Assembly: GCA_963761305.1 (NCBI GenBank)
Contig: CAVXGK010000002.1
Location: forward strand, 1,856,001 to 1,920,000
DNA length: 64,000 nucleotides
Direction of reading: 5' to 3'
Source of the DNA: an uncultured Gemmatimonadaceae bacterium
GTDB taxonomy: Bacteria; Gemmatimonadota; Gemmatimonadetes; Gemmatimonadales; Gemmatimonadaceae
Below, piece by piece: positions 41,123 through 50,462 of the stretch. Under the pieces are notes generated by a model. The model did not search any database. It was not told the origin of the DNA and saw only the letters and a program-made list of their open reading frames with translations. How positions within the stretch are numbered: the first letter of the stretch is position 1; every line of letters starts with the position of its first letter. The position numbers were made by a program, and so were the translations under genes.

Positions 41123-41422
41123 TCACGCGTAGTAACGCTCTATGCACCACGCGACCATATCGTCGAGTAACAGGTCGGCGCCTCGGCGTCTGGGCGCCGT
41201 GGACGCGACGCTTCGGAAGCCCGTCTCCGCGGCGACCTGCTTCACTTCAGCGATGACGCGCTCGGGTGGCCAACCCAGCGTCTTCGCAGCGTCCACGTAT
41301 TCGCAGACGCATTCGTACACCGTCGCGCGAAGTGCTTGACTCAGGGGGAAATCGATCCGACTGAGTTGATGTTGCAACTGCGTAGCAAGCGAGCCCAGGT
41401 CGCCGGTGTATGGCGTTGGCAT
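41123..41422 (-). CDS. Small helical hypothetical protein
   Basis: 99 aa ORF (VCEYVDAAK..GWPPERVIAEVK...WCIERYY); GG-AACGCGATAT-GC motif upstream at 41451-41438. Confidence 0.65.
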   Translation of the reverse strand: MPTPYTGDLGSLATQLQHQLSRIDFPLSQALRATVYECVCEYVDAAKTLGWPPERVIAEVKQVAAETGFRSVASTAPRRRGADLLLDDMVAWCIERYYA

Positions 41423-41510
41423 CGACCACGAGGGTTTGCATATCGCGTTCCGGTGCGGGAGTCACGATTTGTTTGTGTCCGCCGGCTCGCCGACGCGTGC
41501 CCGCAAGACG

Positions 41511-42560
41511 CTACGCCTGGACCGATCGATCGCGTTCGCCCGAGAAGGTCTTGAACAAGAGCCGAAGCGACGGAATCAGGATCAGCGCCCCCGCCGCGAG
41601 CCCGACGAGCAGCAGCTCCAGCGTCTCCGTGGGCGCAGCGCTCTGGCGAATCGTGAGCGTCGGCGGCACGACAAACGGATACTGCGCGAGCGCCCACCCC
41701 CAGAGGATGAGGGTCACCTGCACTGCGGCGGCGAGGCGCGCCACGTGATATCGGCGAGACGCGAGTGTCGCGATCGCGCTCAACGCGGCAATCGCGGTGC
41801 ACAGATGCAGCAGCCCCGCCCATGAGGACGTCGTAATCCCGCTCGCGACGCGAGGCGCCGCGGACCTCGACCCCAAGAGCGACGCCGCCGCGGCGAGCGC
41901 CACAACGATCGCCGACACCAGCGCGCGTCGGCGAAAGTCCTCCTCGAGCGCCGCGTTCTTTGCCGCATGCGCCGAGTAAACCGCCGCCAACATCGCGAAG
42001 AGCGCCAGCGCGAAGAACCCGACGGCGATCGGGTACGGTGCCAACCACGGGTCCACGTACCGCTGCACGAACGGCGCGTCGACCGGGAGACGGGCCGCTC
42101 GACCCACAGCGTCGCTCGAGATCGCGCCGACGACGATGCCAAGGCAGAGCGGCGTCACGATGCTCGCGATCGAGAACACAAGCCCCCACCGCTCGACGAT
42201 CCGCCGCTCCGCGCGCCCGTAACTGCGAAACACGAACGCTGATCCGCGCGCCACGATGCCGAACAGCACGATCGTCAGCGGAATGTGCAGGATCGTCCCG
42301 AGCACGCCGAACGCCGGCGGGAATCCGGTGAACAGCACCACCACGACGACGATCAACCAGACGTGGTTCGCTTCCCAGATCGGCCCGATCGACTCGGCGA
42401 TGAGACGCCGCTGTTCGTCGCGTCGCGGACCGGTCGCCAGCAGATCCCACACGCCGCCGCCGAAGTCCGCGCCGCCGGTGAGCGCGTAGCCGGTGAGCGC
42501 CACCATAATGGCGCCGGCGACGATCTCCGGCAGACCGATCGGGCCGAGCGAGATGCTCAC
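41511..42560 (-). CDS. cydB: Cytochrome bd-type quinol oxidase subunit II
   Basis: GGADFGGGVWDL, PIWEANHVWL, RGSAFVFR; GTGA overlap with cydA. Confidence 0.93.
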   Translation of the reverse strand: MSISLGPIGLPEIVAGAIMVALTGYALTGGADFGGGVWDLLATGPRRDEQRRLIAESIGPIWEANHVWLIVVVVVLFTGFPPAFGVLGTILHIPLTIVLFGIVARGSAFVFRSYGRAERRIVERWGLVFSIASIVTPLCLGIVVGAISSDAVGRAARLPVDAPFVQRYVDPWLAPYPIAVGFFALALFAMLAAVYSAHAAKNAALEEDFRRRALVSAIVVALAAAASLLGSRSAAPRVASGITTSSWAGLLHLCTAIAALSAIATLASRRYHVARLAAAVQVTLILWGWALAQYPFVVPPTLTIRQSAAPTETLELLLVGLAAGALILIPSLRLLFKTFSGERDRSVQA

Positions 42561-43849
42561 CTCGTCTCCGCGACCATCGACCGAATGAGCACAAGCACGA
42601 TCGCCGCGAGGCCGATGTAGAGAATCGTGAAGAGGATCATCGGAACCACGACACCGGGCATCGGCGTGACCGAATCGGCCGTGCGGAGAATGCCCTGCAC
42701 CACCCACGGCTGCCGTCCGACCTCGGTCACCGTCCACCCCGCTTCGGTGGCGATGAACCCGAACGGCGTCACGATCGAGAGCGCGCGCAGGAGCTTCCGA
42801 TTCGCCGTGATGTCCTTGCCTCGCGCCAGCGCGACGAGCGACCACGCGGCGACGATCGCCATCAGGCTGCCGAGTGCGACCATGATCTGAAATCCGAAAT
42901 GCACGGGCAGCACCGGCGGCCACAGGTCGCGGTCGAAGTCGGACAAGCCTTTCACCGTCGCGTGCGTGTCGTGGAACGCCAGCAGCGACAACGCGCGTGG
43001 AATCTCGATCGCGAAGCGAGTTCGCCGGGCGTCGACGTCGGGCCAACCGCCGATCCGCGCTGGCGCGCCGGCCTGCGTGTCGAATTGTCCCTCGAGCGCG
43101 GCGAGCTTGATCGGCTGCGTTCGCGCGACGATGCGCGCGCTCAAATCGCCCGACAACGGCTGCACAACCGCCGCCGGCGCACCGACGGCGAGCGCCGCCG
43201 CGAGCGCCGCGCCGTGAAACTTGCGCGTGCTGCCGCGAAGCAGCATCGCCGCGTGAATGCCCGCGACGGCGATTCCCGTCGCGGCGTACGCGGCGAGCAC
43301 CATGTGCACCGCCTGCTGCAGCGTCGACGGGTTGAGCATTCCCGCGATCGGATCGACGGCGGCGATGTGTCCGCCCACCATTGTCACGCCGCGCGGCGTG
43401 TTCATCCACGCGTTCACCATCACGACGAACACCGCCGACGCCATCCCGCTGATCGCCACCACCACGCCCGCGAACAGGTGCATCCTCGGCGACACGCGCT
43501 CCCACCCGTACAGGTAGATGCCGAGGAAGATCGCTTCGGTGAAGAACGCGAACCCTTCGAGCGAGAACGGAATTCCGATGATCGGTCCGGCGAATTCCAT
43601 GAAACGCGGCCACAGCAGACCGAGCTCGAACGAGAGCACGGTGCCCGACACCGCGCCGATCGCGAACAGAAGCGCCGTCCCTTTCGCCCAGCGCTTGGCG
43701 AGCTCGAGCCACACAGCGTCGCCCGTCTTCCGCCAGCGCCATTCGGCGAGCACCATCATTGCCGGCATGGCGATGCCGATCTCGGCAAAGATGATATGGA
43801 AGCCGAGTGAGATGGCCATCTGCGCGCGAGCGGCGAGCAGGTTCGACAC
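42557..43849 (-). CDS. cydA: Cytochrome bd-type quinol oxidase subunit I (short Q-loop)
   Basis: SLGFHIIF, GAVSGT, EGFAFFTEA, QPIKLAALEG, AGWTVTEVGRQPW. Confidence 0.95.
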   Translation of the reverse strand: MSNLLAARAQMAISLGFHIIFAEIGIAMPAMMVLAEWRWRKTGDAVWLELAKRWAKGTALLFAIGAVSGTVLSFELGLLWPRFMEFAGPIIGIPFSLEGFAFFTEAIFLGIYLYGWERVSPRMHLFAGVVVAISGMASAVFVVMVNAWMNTPRGVTMVGGHIAAVDPIAGMLNPSTLQQAVHMVLAAYAATGIAVAGIHAAMLLRGSTRKFHGAALAAALAVGAPAAVVQPLSGDLSARIVARTQPIKLAALEGQFDTQAGAPARIGGWPDVDARRTRFAIEIPRALSLLAFHDTHATVKGLSDFDRDLWPPVLPVHFGFQIMVALGSLMAIVAAWSLVALARGKDITANRKLLRALSIVTPFGFIATEAGWTVTEVGRQPWVVQGILRTADSVTPMPGVVVPMILFTILYIGLAAIVLVLIRSMVAETR

Positions 43850-43888
43850 GCGAATAAGTTTAAGGCAACCCGACGAGGCCGACGCAAA

Positions 43889-44854
43889 ATGTCTGAGATC
43901 ACCGGGATTCACCACATCACCGCCATCGCCGGTGACGCGCAGGAAAACCTCGACTTCTATACCAATGTGTTTGGCATGCGCCTCGTCAAACGCAGCGTGA
44001 ACCAGGACGATCCCGGCACCTATCACCTGTTCTACGCCGACGCCGACGGACACCCCGGCACCGATCTCACCTTCTTTCCGTTCCGGTTCTCGGCGCCGGG
44101 GCACCTGGGCGCCGGGCTTGGCGTGGAGATCGACCTTGCGATTCCCAAGGGAAGCCTCGAGTACTGGACGGAACGCCTCGCCGACCTCGGCGCCAATGTG
44201 AGCGGGACCGAGACTCGCCGCGGCGATCGCGCGATCAAGCTCACCGATCCGCACGGACAGCATCTCGCCCTCGTCGAAGCGCCGGAGCGGCGCGACTTCG
44301 CGGCATGGGACCGGAGCCCTGTCCCCGCCGACAAACAGGTCATCGGGTTACACTCGGTCCGCCTCTGGGAGCGCGACAAAGACGAGACCGCCTCGTTTCT
44401 CGCCGAAGTGCTCGGATTTCAGAGTTTCGGTGAGGAAGACGGGTGGCATCGGTTCGGCGTCGGCTCGGGAAAATCCGGCGAGTTCCTCGAGCTTCGCGAG
44501 ATGCCGAACGAGCGACGCGGCGCGTGGGGCATTGGGACGATGCACCACGTCGCGTGGCGCGTCGCCGACGAATCGGTCGAGCTCAGAGTCCGCGAGCGCA
44601 TCGAGAAAGCCCATCGCCGGCCGACCGAAGTGATCGACCGGTTCTGGTTCAAGTCCGTCTACTTTCTCGAGCCGGGCGGCGTGCTGTTCGAGCTGGCGAC
44701 CGAAGGTCCCGGCTTCACCGCCGACGAGCCGCTCGAGCACCTCGGCGAGACACTCGTGCTCCCGCCATGGCTCGAGCAGCACCGGGCGCAGATCGAGTCT
44801 GCGCTCCCGGTGCTGAGCACGTCCGCTACGGCTTCTTCAACTCGACGGACTTAG
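43889..44854 (+). CDS. VOC-family ring-cleaving dioxygenase (MhqO/PcpA-like)
   Basis: [48 protein letters not shown]. Confidence 0.92.
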   Translation: MSEITGIHHITAIAGDAQENLDFYTNVFGMRLVKRSVNQDDPGTYHLFYADADGHPGTDLTFFPFRFSAPGHLGAGLGVEIDLAIPKGSLEYWTERLADLGANVSGTETRRGDRAIKLTDPHGQHLALVEAPERRDFAAWDRSPVPADKQVIGLHSVRLWERDKDETASFLAEVLGFQSFGEEDGWHRFGVGSGKSGEFLELREMPNERRGAWGIGTMHHVAWRVADESVELRVRERIEKAHRRPTEVIDRFWFKSVYFLEPGGVLFELATEGPGFTADEPLEHLGETLVLPPWLEQHRAQIESALPVLSTSATASSTRRT

Positions 44855-46563
44855 CGGCGTCGCCTCGCGCCGCCATCATCGAGTCGCGACGCGCCTTGAA
44901 CTCGGTGCCCGGCTTCCACTGGGGAATGTCCGGCACCTGAGCGACGCCGAATCCCACACGGAAGAGCGTCGCCATGTCCTGCACGGCGCCGCTCAAATCC
45001 CAGTCGGGCTTTACCTCGTCCGACACGGAGTGGTAGTCGTTGTTCGTGTACTCGTCGCGCTTCTGCATTCCGTAACCCGCCGGCTTCCCGATGTAGTCGA
45101 TGCCGGCGTCGGTATCGAGAGCCGGCACGCCGACTTTCGCGAACTCGAAATGGTCGGAACGATAGTAGAAGCCCTTCTCCGGCTCAGCGTCCGGACGAAC
45201 GACGCGATTCTCGCTCTTGAGAACGTCCTCCAGCACGTCGTCGAGCGTCGAGTTGCCGAGCCCGATCACCGTGAGGTCCTTGGTTTTCCCCCACTGGTTG
45301 ACGCCGTCGATATTGATGTTGGCGACGGTGTTGGTGAGCGGATACAGCGGATGCGTCGCGTAGTACTTCGAGCCGACCAGTCCCTTCTCTTCCGCCGTCA
45401 CCGAGAGGAACAGGATCGACCGGCGCGGATGCGTCAGGCAGCTTGGTGAACGCTTTCGCGATCTGGAGCAGCGCCGAGCTGCCGCTCGCGTTGTCGATCG
45501 CGCCGTTGAAGATCTGATCGCCCTTGAGCGTCGTGTCCCTGCCGAGGTGGTCCCAGTGCGCGGAGTAGACGACGTACTCGTCCTTCTTGTCGGTGCCGAT
45601 GAGTTTGGCGACGACGTTGTGCGACTGAATCTTCCGAACGTCGATCTTCACGTCGAACGTCGCCTTCGCTTTGAGCGGCACCGGCTTGAACGCCTTGGTC
45701 GCCGCGGCGGCCTTGAGTGAATCGAAGTTCTGTCCGGCGTCGCGAAGCAGCTCCTTCGCCTTGTCGAGCGTGATCCAACCTTCGACCGGCACGCGCTTCT
45801 CGGCGTCGGGCGAGATGACGTCGAACTGCTCCTGCGAGTTGCTGCTGCTCACGACGCCGTACGGATAGCCGGCCGGTCCCGTCTCGTGGATGATGATCGC
45901 CGCCGCCGCGCCTTTCTCCGACGCGATCTCGTACTTGTACGTCCAGCGGCCGTAGTACGTCATCGCGCGGCCCTTGAACATCGTCGTGTCGAGCAGCGTG
46001 TCGCCGGCGACGCGCACCGGCGGATCGTTGACGAGCATGAGAATCGTCTTGCCCTTCACGTCCACACCCTTGTAATCGTCCCAGCCGTACTCCGGCGCGA
46101 CGACGCCGTAGCCGACGAACACGATGTCGGACTTGTCGATCTTCGTCTCGGGGCGATCGTGCCGCGAGTTCGCGATGAAATCCGCCGGATACTTGAGCGC
46201 GATCGTCTTGCCGCCGGCCGAGAACGACGCGGTCGGATGCGCCTTGTAGCCGATCAGGTCGACGTTCTGTAGATAGCTGCCGTCCGGATTGCCCGGCTCG
46301 AGACCCAGCGCCTTGAACTGCCCTTGCATATAGGCGATCGCCTTCGCTTCGCCGGGTGTGCCGGGCGCACGCCCTTCCATCGAATCGGCGGACAAGTCTT
46401 CGATGTGCTGCAGCAGTCCGTTCGCGGTGATCGCCTGCGCGGCGGAATCGGTGGCGGCGCCGGACGTATTCGCGGAAGACTTGTCGGCGACGGTGCACGC
46501 CGCGGCGGCGCAGCAGAACGCGATGGCGACGCGACGTAGTTGAGTGACGGGATGCTGGGCCAC
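44826..46563 (-). CDS. M28-family lipoprotein peptidase with PA domain, split by a +1 frameshift near 45436
   Basis: SAHWDHLG and NGAIDNASG in one frame; TAEEKGL.GS, RSDH and YH in the next. Removing one base restores [19 protein letters not shown]. Confidence 0.88.
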
Positions 46564-46669
46564 GGGAACGGAATCGGTAAGGGTTGCGCGAGTCACGGCT
46601 CGTCGCGGGAGCGTCCCACGACAGCTATCATGCAGAATGTAGCCCACGGTACACCTCACTCGATACGTC

Positions 46670-47143
46670 GTGCCCGCCACGCATTCGTACCTCACGCAAA
46701 TCGTCTGGACCGGGAATCGCGGTTCCGGCACGAGCGCTTATCGCGCCTACGATCGCGCGCATGAGATCCGGTCGGCGGGCAAGCCGCCGCTTCTCTGCTC
46801 GTCCGAGCCGTCGTTTCTCGGCGACCGTTCGCGCTACAACCCCGAAGAGCTGCTCGTCGCGTCGCTCTCGGCGTGTCACATGCTCTGGTACCTGCATCTC
46901 GCGGCGGACAACGGGATCGTGGTCGTCGACTATCGTGACGACGCGACGGGAACGATGGTCGAGACGCGCGACGGCGCCGGCAAGTTCACCGAAGTCACGC
47001 TGCATCCCGTGGTGACGCTGCAAGGGAGCGCCGACAAGGATCTCGCCGCGCGGCTTCACCATCGCGCGCACGAGCTGTGCTACATCGCGAGCAGCGTCGC
47101 GTTTCCCGTCGGCTGCGAACCGCGATTCGTTTGCCAAGCGTGA
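46670..47143 (+). CDS. OsmC-family protein
   Basis: WTGNRG.GT..Y..Y.R, NPEELLVASLSACHMLWYL, AHELCYIASSV. Confidence 0.9.
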   Translation: MPATHSYLTQIVWTGNRGSGTSAYRAYDRAHEIRSAGKPPLLCSSEPSFLGDRSRYNPEELLVASLSACHMLWYLHLAADNGIVVVDYRDDATGTMVETRDGAGKFTEVTLHPVVTLQGSADKDLAARLHHRAHELCYIASSVAFPVGCEPRFVCQA

Positions 47144-48399
47144 GAATCCCGGCGCCCGCGCGCGCCATGCTTGGACTCGCGCTCGGTTTGATCACGGGCG
47201 GCGTGATCGCGTGGAGCGGATCGTCGGCTGGACTCGCGTTCGCGTCGTTCGTCGAACCCATCGGCACGATCTGGGTGAACGCGCTGCGAATGACGGTGGT
47301 GCCGCTCGTCGCGTCGCTGCTCATCGCGACGCTCGCCTCTGGACATGACGTGCGCTCCTTCGGCCGGCTGGGGCGCCGCGCGCTCGCCGTCTTTTTCGCT
47401 CTTCTCATCGCGATCGCCGTTTTCGGCATTCTCACCGTGCCGCCGGTTTTTTCGCTGCTGCACATCGATTCCGCCGCGGCCGCATCGCTGCGCGCGAGTG
47501 TCGCCGAAGCGCCGCTGGTGCAACCGCCCGGCTTCGGGCAATGGGTCGCCGGACTCGTCCCGGCCAACGTGGTGAAGGCCGCCGCCGACGGCGTCATGCT
47601 GCCGATCATCGTCTTCGCGTCGCTGCTCGGGCTCGGCTTGGCGAAACAGTCGCCTGGCACGCCGCGATTCGTCGGCGTCCTGCGCGCGATATCCGACGCG
47701 ATGATCCAGATCGTACGATGGGTGCTGCTGTTCGCGCCCGTCGGTGCGTTCGCGCTGGCCGTACCGCTGGCGATCCACCTCGGCAACACGGCGGCCGGCG
47801 CGATCGCGTTCTACCTCGCCGCGATGGTGGGGTTTCACGCGGTGATGGCCGCGATCCTCTACATCGCCGTGCCGCTCATCACGCACACCCCGCTTTCGCG
47901 ATTCGCGCGTGCGCTGCTCCCGGCGCAGGTCGTCGTGGTGAGCACCCGGTCGTCGCTCGCGGCGCTTCCGGCGATGCTCGAAGGCGCGCAGCGCGAGCTC
48001 GAGATCTCGCCCGAAGTTGCCGGCTTCGTGATCCCCTTGGGCGTCGCGCTGCTGCGCGCCAACATCGCGATGTCCTGGATCATCCAGGTCTACTTTCTCG
48101 CCAAGCTGTACGGCGTCTCGGTGAGCGCCGGTGCCGTGCTCGCCATCGCGGTCGGTTCCATCGCGTTCAGCTTCAGCGTGCCCGGGATTCCGAGCGGCGG
48201 CTTGCTGATCGCGGCACCCTACCTCCCCAGCTTCGGACTGCCGACTCAGGCGATCGGCATTCTCATCGCCCTCGACGCGATCCCCGACATCTTCAAGACC
48301 CTGCTCAACGTCACCGCGCACGTGTCGAGCGCACTCGTCGTCGCACGACTCGACTGGGCGCCCCAAAGCGTCGAGGCGCCCGCTCCCGTCAGCGGGTGA
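47140..48399 (+). CDS. Dicarboxylate/amino acid:cation symporter (DAACS)
   Basis: NALRMTVVPLV, STRSSLAALP, GIPSGG, D.IPDIFKTLLNVTAH. Confidence 0.92.
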   Translation: MRIPAPARAMLGLALGLITGGVIAWSGSSAGLAFASFVEPIGTIWVNALRMTVVPLVASLLIATLASGHDVRSFGRLGRRALAVFFALLIAIAVFGILTVPPVFSLLHIDSAAAASLRASVAEAPLVQPPGFGQWVAGLVPANVVKAAADGVMLPIIVFASLLGLGLAKQSPGTPRFVGVLRAISDAMIQIVRWVLLFAPVGAFALAVPLAIHLGNTAAGAIAFYLAAMVGFHAVMAAILYIAVPLITHTPLSRFARALLPAQVVVVSTRSSLAALPAMLEGAQRELEISPEVAGFVIPLGVALLRANIAMSWIIQVYFLAKLYGVSVSAGAVLAIAVGSIAFSFSVPGIPSGGLLIAAPYLPSFGLPTQAIGILIALDAIPDIFKTLLNVTAHVSSALVVARLDWAPQSVEAPAPVSG

Positions 48400-48928
48400 G
48401 CAGCTTGCTGGTCAGCTCCTGCATTCGCTGCTCCAGGTTTCCCTTGGTCGAGCAGCGAAAGGGCTCCTGCGCGAAAGCCAACGGCCGCGCCGACGCCTCG
48501 AGGTTGATCGTCATCGACGTGGCGCCGGCCGCCGCGGCAGTGAGCGTCGCCGTCACGGTGAGCGTGACGTCATATGACTCGGCGTTGGGACCGATCTGCG
48601 TCATGCCGCAGTCGATGTAGCGGCCGAGTCCAACCTTTCCGAGCTTGCCGCGCAGCTTGAATCCGTTGTTGCCGATCGTGTGCGTCTGAGGATCCAGCTC
48701 CGACACCGGGACCGCGATCGAGTCGAAGACGGCCGGCAGGACCTTCCACACGCGATCGACCGACGCCGCGTACTCGTGCGTCGAAAGCCCCGAAACGGGA
48801 GCGATGGCCAACGAGCCGCCTGAACCCGGGACCACGACGTGCTGCTCCACGGGACCCGGACCGGGTGTCGGCGTCCCCCCGGCACACGCCAGCGCCGACG
48901 TCAAGCCAACGATCAGTACTCGTCGCAT
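48389..48928 (-). CDS. Hypothetical lipoprotein
   Basis: MRRVLIVGLTSALAC lipobox-like N-terminus; YIDCG and CSTKG.LE. Confidence 0.75.
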   Translation of the reverse strand: MRRVLIVGLTSALACAGGTPTPGPGPVEQHVVVPGSGGSLAIAPVSGLSTHEYAASVDRVWKVLPAVFDSIAVPVSELDPQTHTIGNNGFKLRGKLGKVGLGRYIDCGMTQIGPNAESYDVTLTVTATLTAAAAGATSMTINLEASARPLAFAQEPFRCSTKGNLEQRMQELTSKLLTR

Positions 48929-48960
48929 GTCCTCTCCTCGAGGGATTCACAGGACAAACT

Positions 48961-49000
48961 TGGACCGGTGGGCCGGTAGACCGTTAGACCGGTCCACCGC
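48961..49000. repeat. 8-bp periodic repeat (GACCGGT family)
   Basis: TGGACCGG-TGGGCCGG-TAGACCGT-TAGACCGG-TCCACCG. Confidence 0.7.
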
Positions 49001-49005
49001 TCGGA

Positions 49006-50322
49006 TCAGGGCGTGGCCTTGGCGCCGTGGTCGAGCTGCTCGATCGTGGCTTGCGAGGGCTTGGTAGTCGCTCGGAGCTTCGCGGACACGCTTTCAGCCT
49101 GGGCCAACACGCGCAGCACGTTTCCGTTCGCAAGCTTGGCGAGATCGGCGTCGCTCCATCCGCGCCGCGCCAGCTCGGCGAACAGCGACGGGAATTTCGA
49201 GACGTCCTCGAGACCGACGACCGTCTCGGTGATGCCATCCAGATCGCTGCCGATGCCGACGTGATCGACGCCGGCGACTTTGCGTACGTGGTCGATCTGG
49301 TCCGCGACGTCGGAGATCGTCGCCTTCGGCCGAACGTGCGCCGCGCGCCACGCGGCGACGTCCTTCTTCACCGCGGCGCTGTCGCGCGGATGGCGTTTGG
49401 TGGCGGCGGCGGTCTCGGCTTCGAGCGCGTCGTCGTCCGCCTTCACCGCCGCCGACACGAACGAATTCACGAACGGCACCATCACCACGCCGCCGTTCTT
49501 CGGCACCCGCGCGAGGATCGAATCCGGCACGTTGCGGCGATGATCCACCAGCGCCCGCGCACCCGAGTGCGAGAAGATCACCGGCGCTTGAGTCACGTCG
49601 AGCGCGGCGCTCATCGTGCCCGGCGACACGTGCGACAGGTCCACGAGCATGCCGAGCCGATTCATCTCGCGCACGACTTCGCGGCCGAACGGCGTGAGTC
49701 CGTGATGTTTGGCCGTGTCGAGCGCTGCGTCGGCCCAATCGAGCGTCACATTGTGGGTGAGCGTCATGTAGCGTGCGCCGAGCTCGTAGTATGATCGAAG
49801 AACGGGGAGCGAATTCTCGATCGCGTGCCCGCCCTCGAGGCCGAGCAACGACGCGATCTTGCCCTTCGCCATCGCCGCCTTGGCCTGCGACGCAGTCGGC
49901 GTCCACGCCAGCTCGGGATACTTGGCGATGACGCGCTTGGCAATGTCGAACTGCTCGAGCTGGACGCGCGCGTAGCCGGGCACGCTCGCGACCGAGCCCT
50001 TGGACTTGTACGCCGGGTCGGTCGGTTCGCCCGGCGTGTAGATCGACCAGAATTGTGCGCCCACATGTCCGGCTTTGAGCCGAGGCAGGTCTGTCATGCC
50101 CGGCGTCCGCTTGCGCAGATCGTATGCGTCCACGTCCATCGGATGCGCGGAGTCTTCGCGAATTCGCCAGGGGAGGTCGTTGTGCCCGTCCATCACCGGC
50201 GTGGCCTTCAGCACGCGCAGCGCGCGCGCCATGTTCGAATCGGTCGGCGCCTGAGCGGTCATTGGCCTGGCAAAGCAGAGAGCCGCCGCGAAGATTGGAA
50301 TCAGCCGGAGGGAATCGCGCAT
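49006..50322 (-). CDS. M19-family membrane dipeptidase, secreted
   Basis: DGHNDLPW, GAQFWS, EGGH, TLTH, VDLSH, FSHS, GIGSDLDG. Confidence 0.95.
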   Translation of the reverse strand: MRDSLRLIPIFAAALCFARPMTAQAPTDSNMARALRVLKATPVMDGHNDLPWRIREDSAHPMDVDAYDLRKRTPGMTDLPRLKAGHVGAQFWSIYTPGEPTDPAYKSKGSVASVPGYARVQLEQFDIAKRVIAKYPELAWTPTASQAKAAMAKGKIASLLGLEGGHAIENSLPVLRSYYELGARYMTLTHNVTLDWADAALDTAKHHGLTPFGREVVREMNRLGMLVDLSHVSPGTMSAALDVTQAPVIFSHSGARALVDHRRNVPDSILARVPKNGGVVMVPFVNSFVSAAVKADDDALEAETAAATKRHPRDSAAVKKDVAAWRAAHVRPKATISDVADQIDHVRKVAGVDHVGIGSDLDGITETVVGLEDVSKFPSLFAELARRGWSDADLAKLANGNVLRVLAQAESVSAKLRATTKPSQATIEQLDHGAKATP

Positions 50323-50462
50323 TTCCGTTTTCAGTGCCTCGAGAAGCCCGTGCGCTTTGTATGCGGTCGGGCGGTAAGAGGCCGAACCTACCTGCACTTC
50401 CGCCGGTTTTCCACCCGCAATAAGGGCCGCGACGCAACGATCGGGCGTCAACGGTTGTCAGA

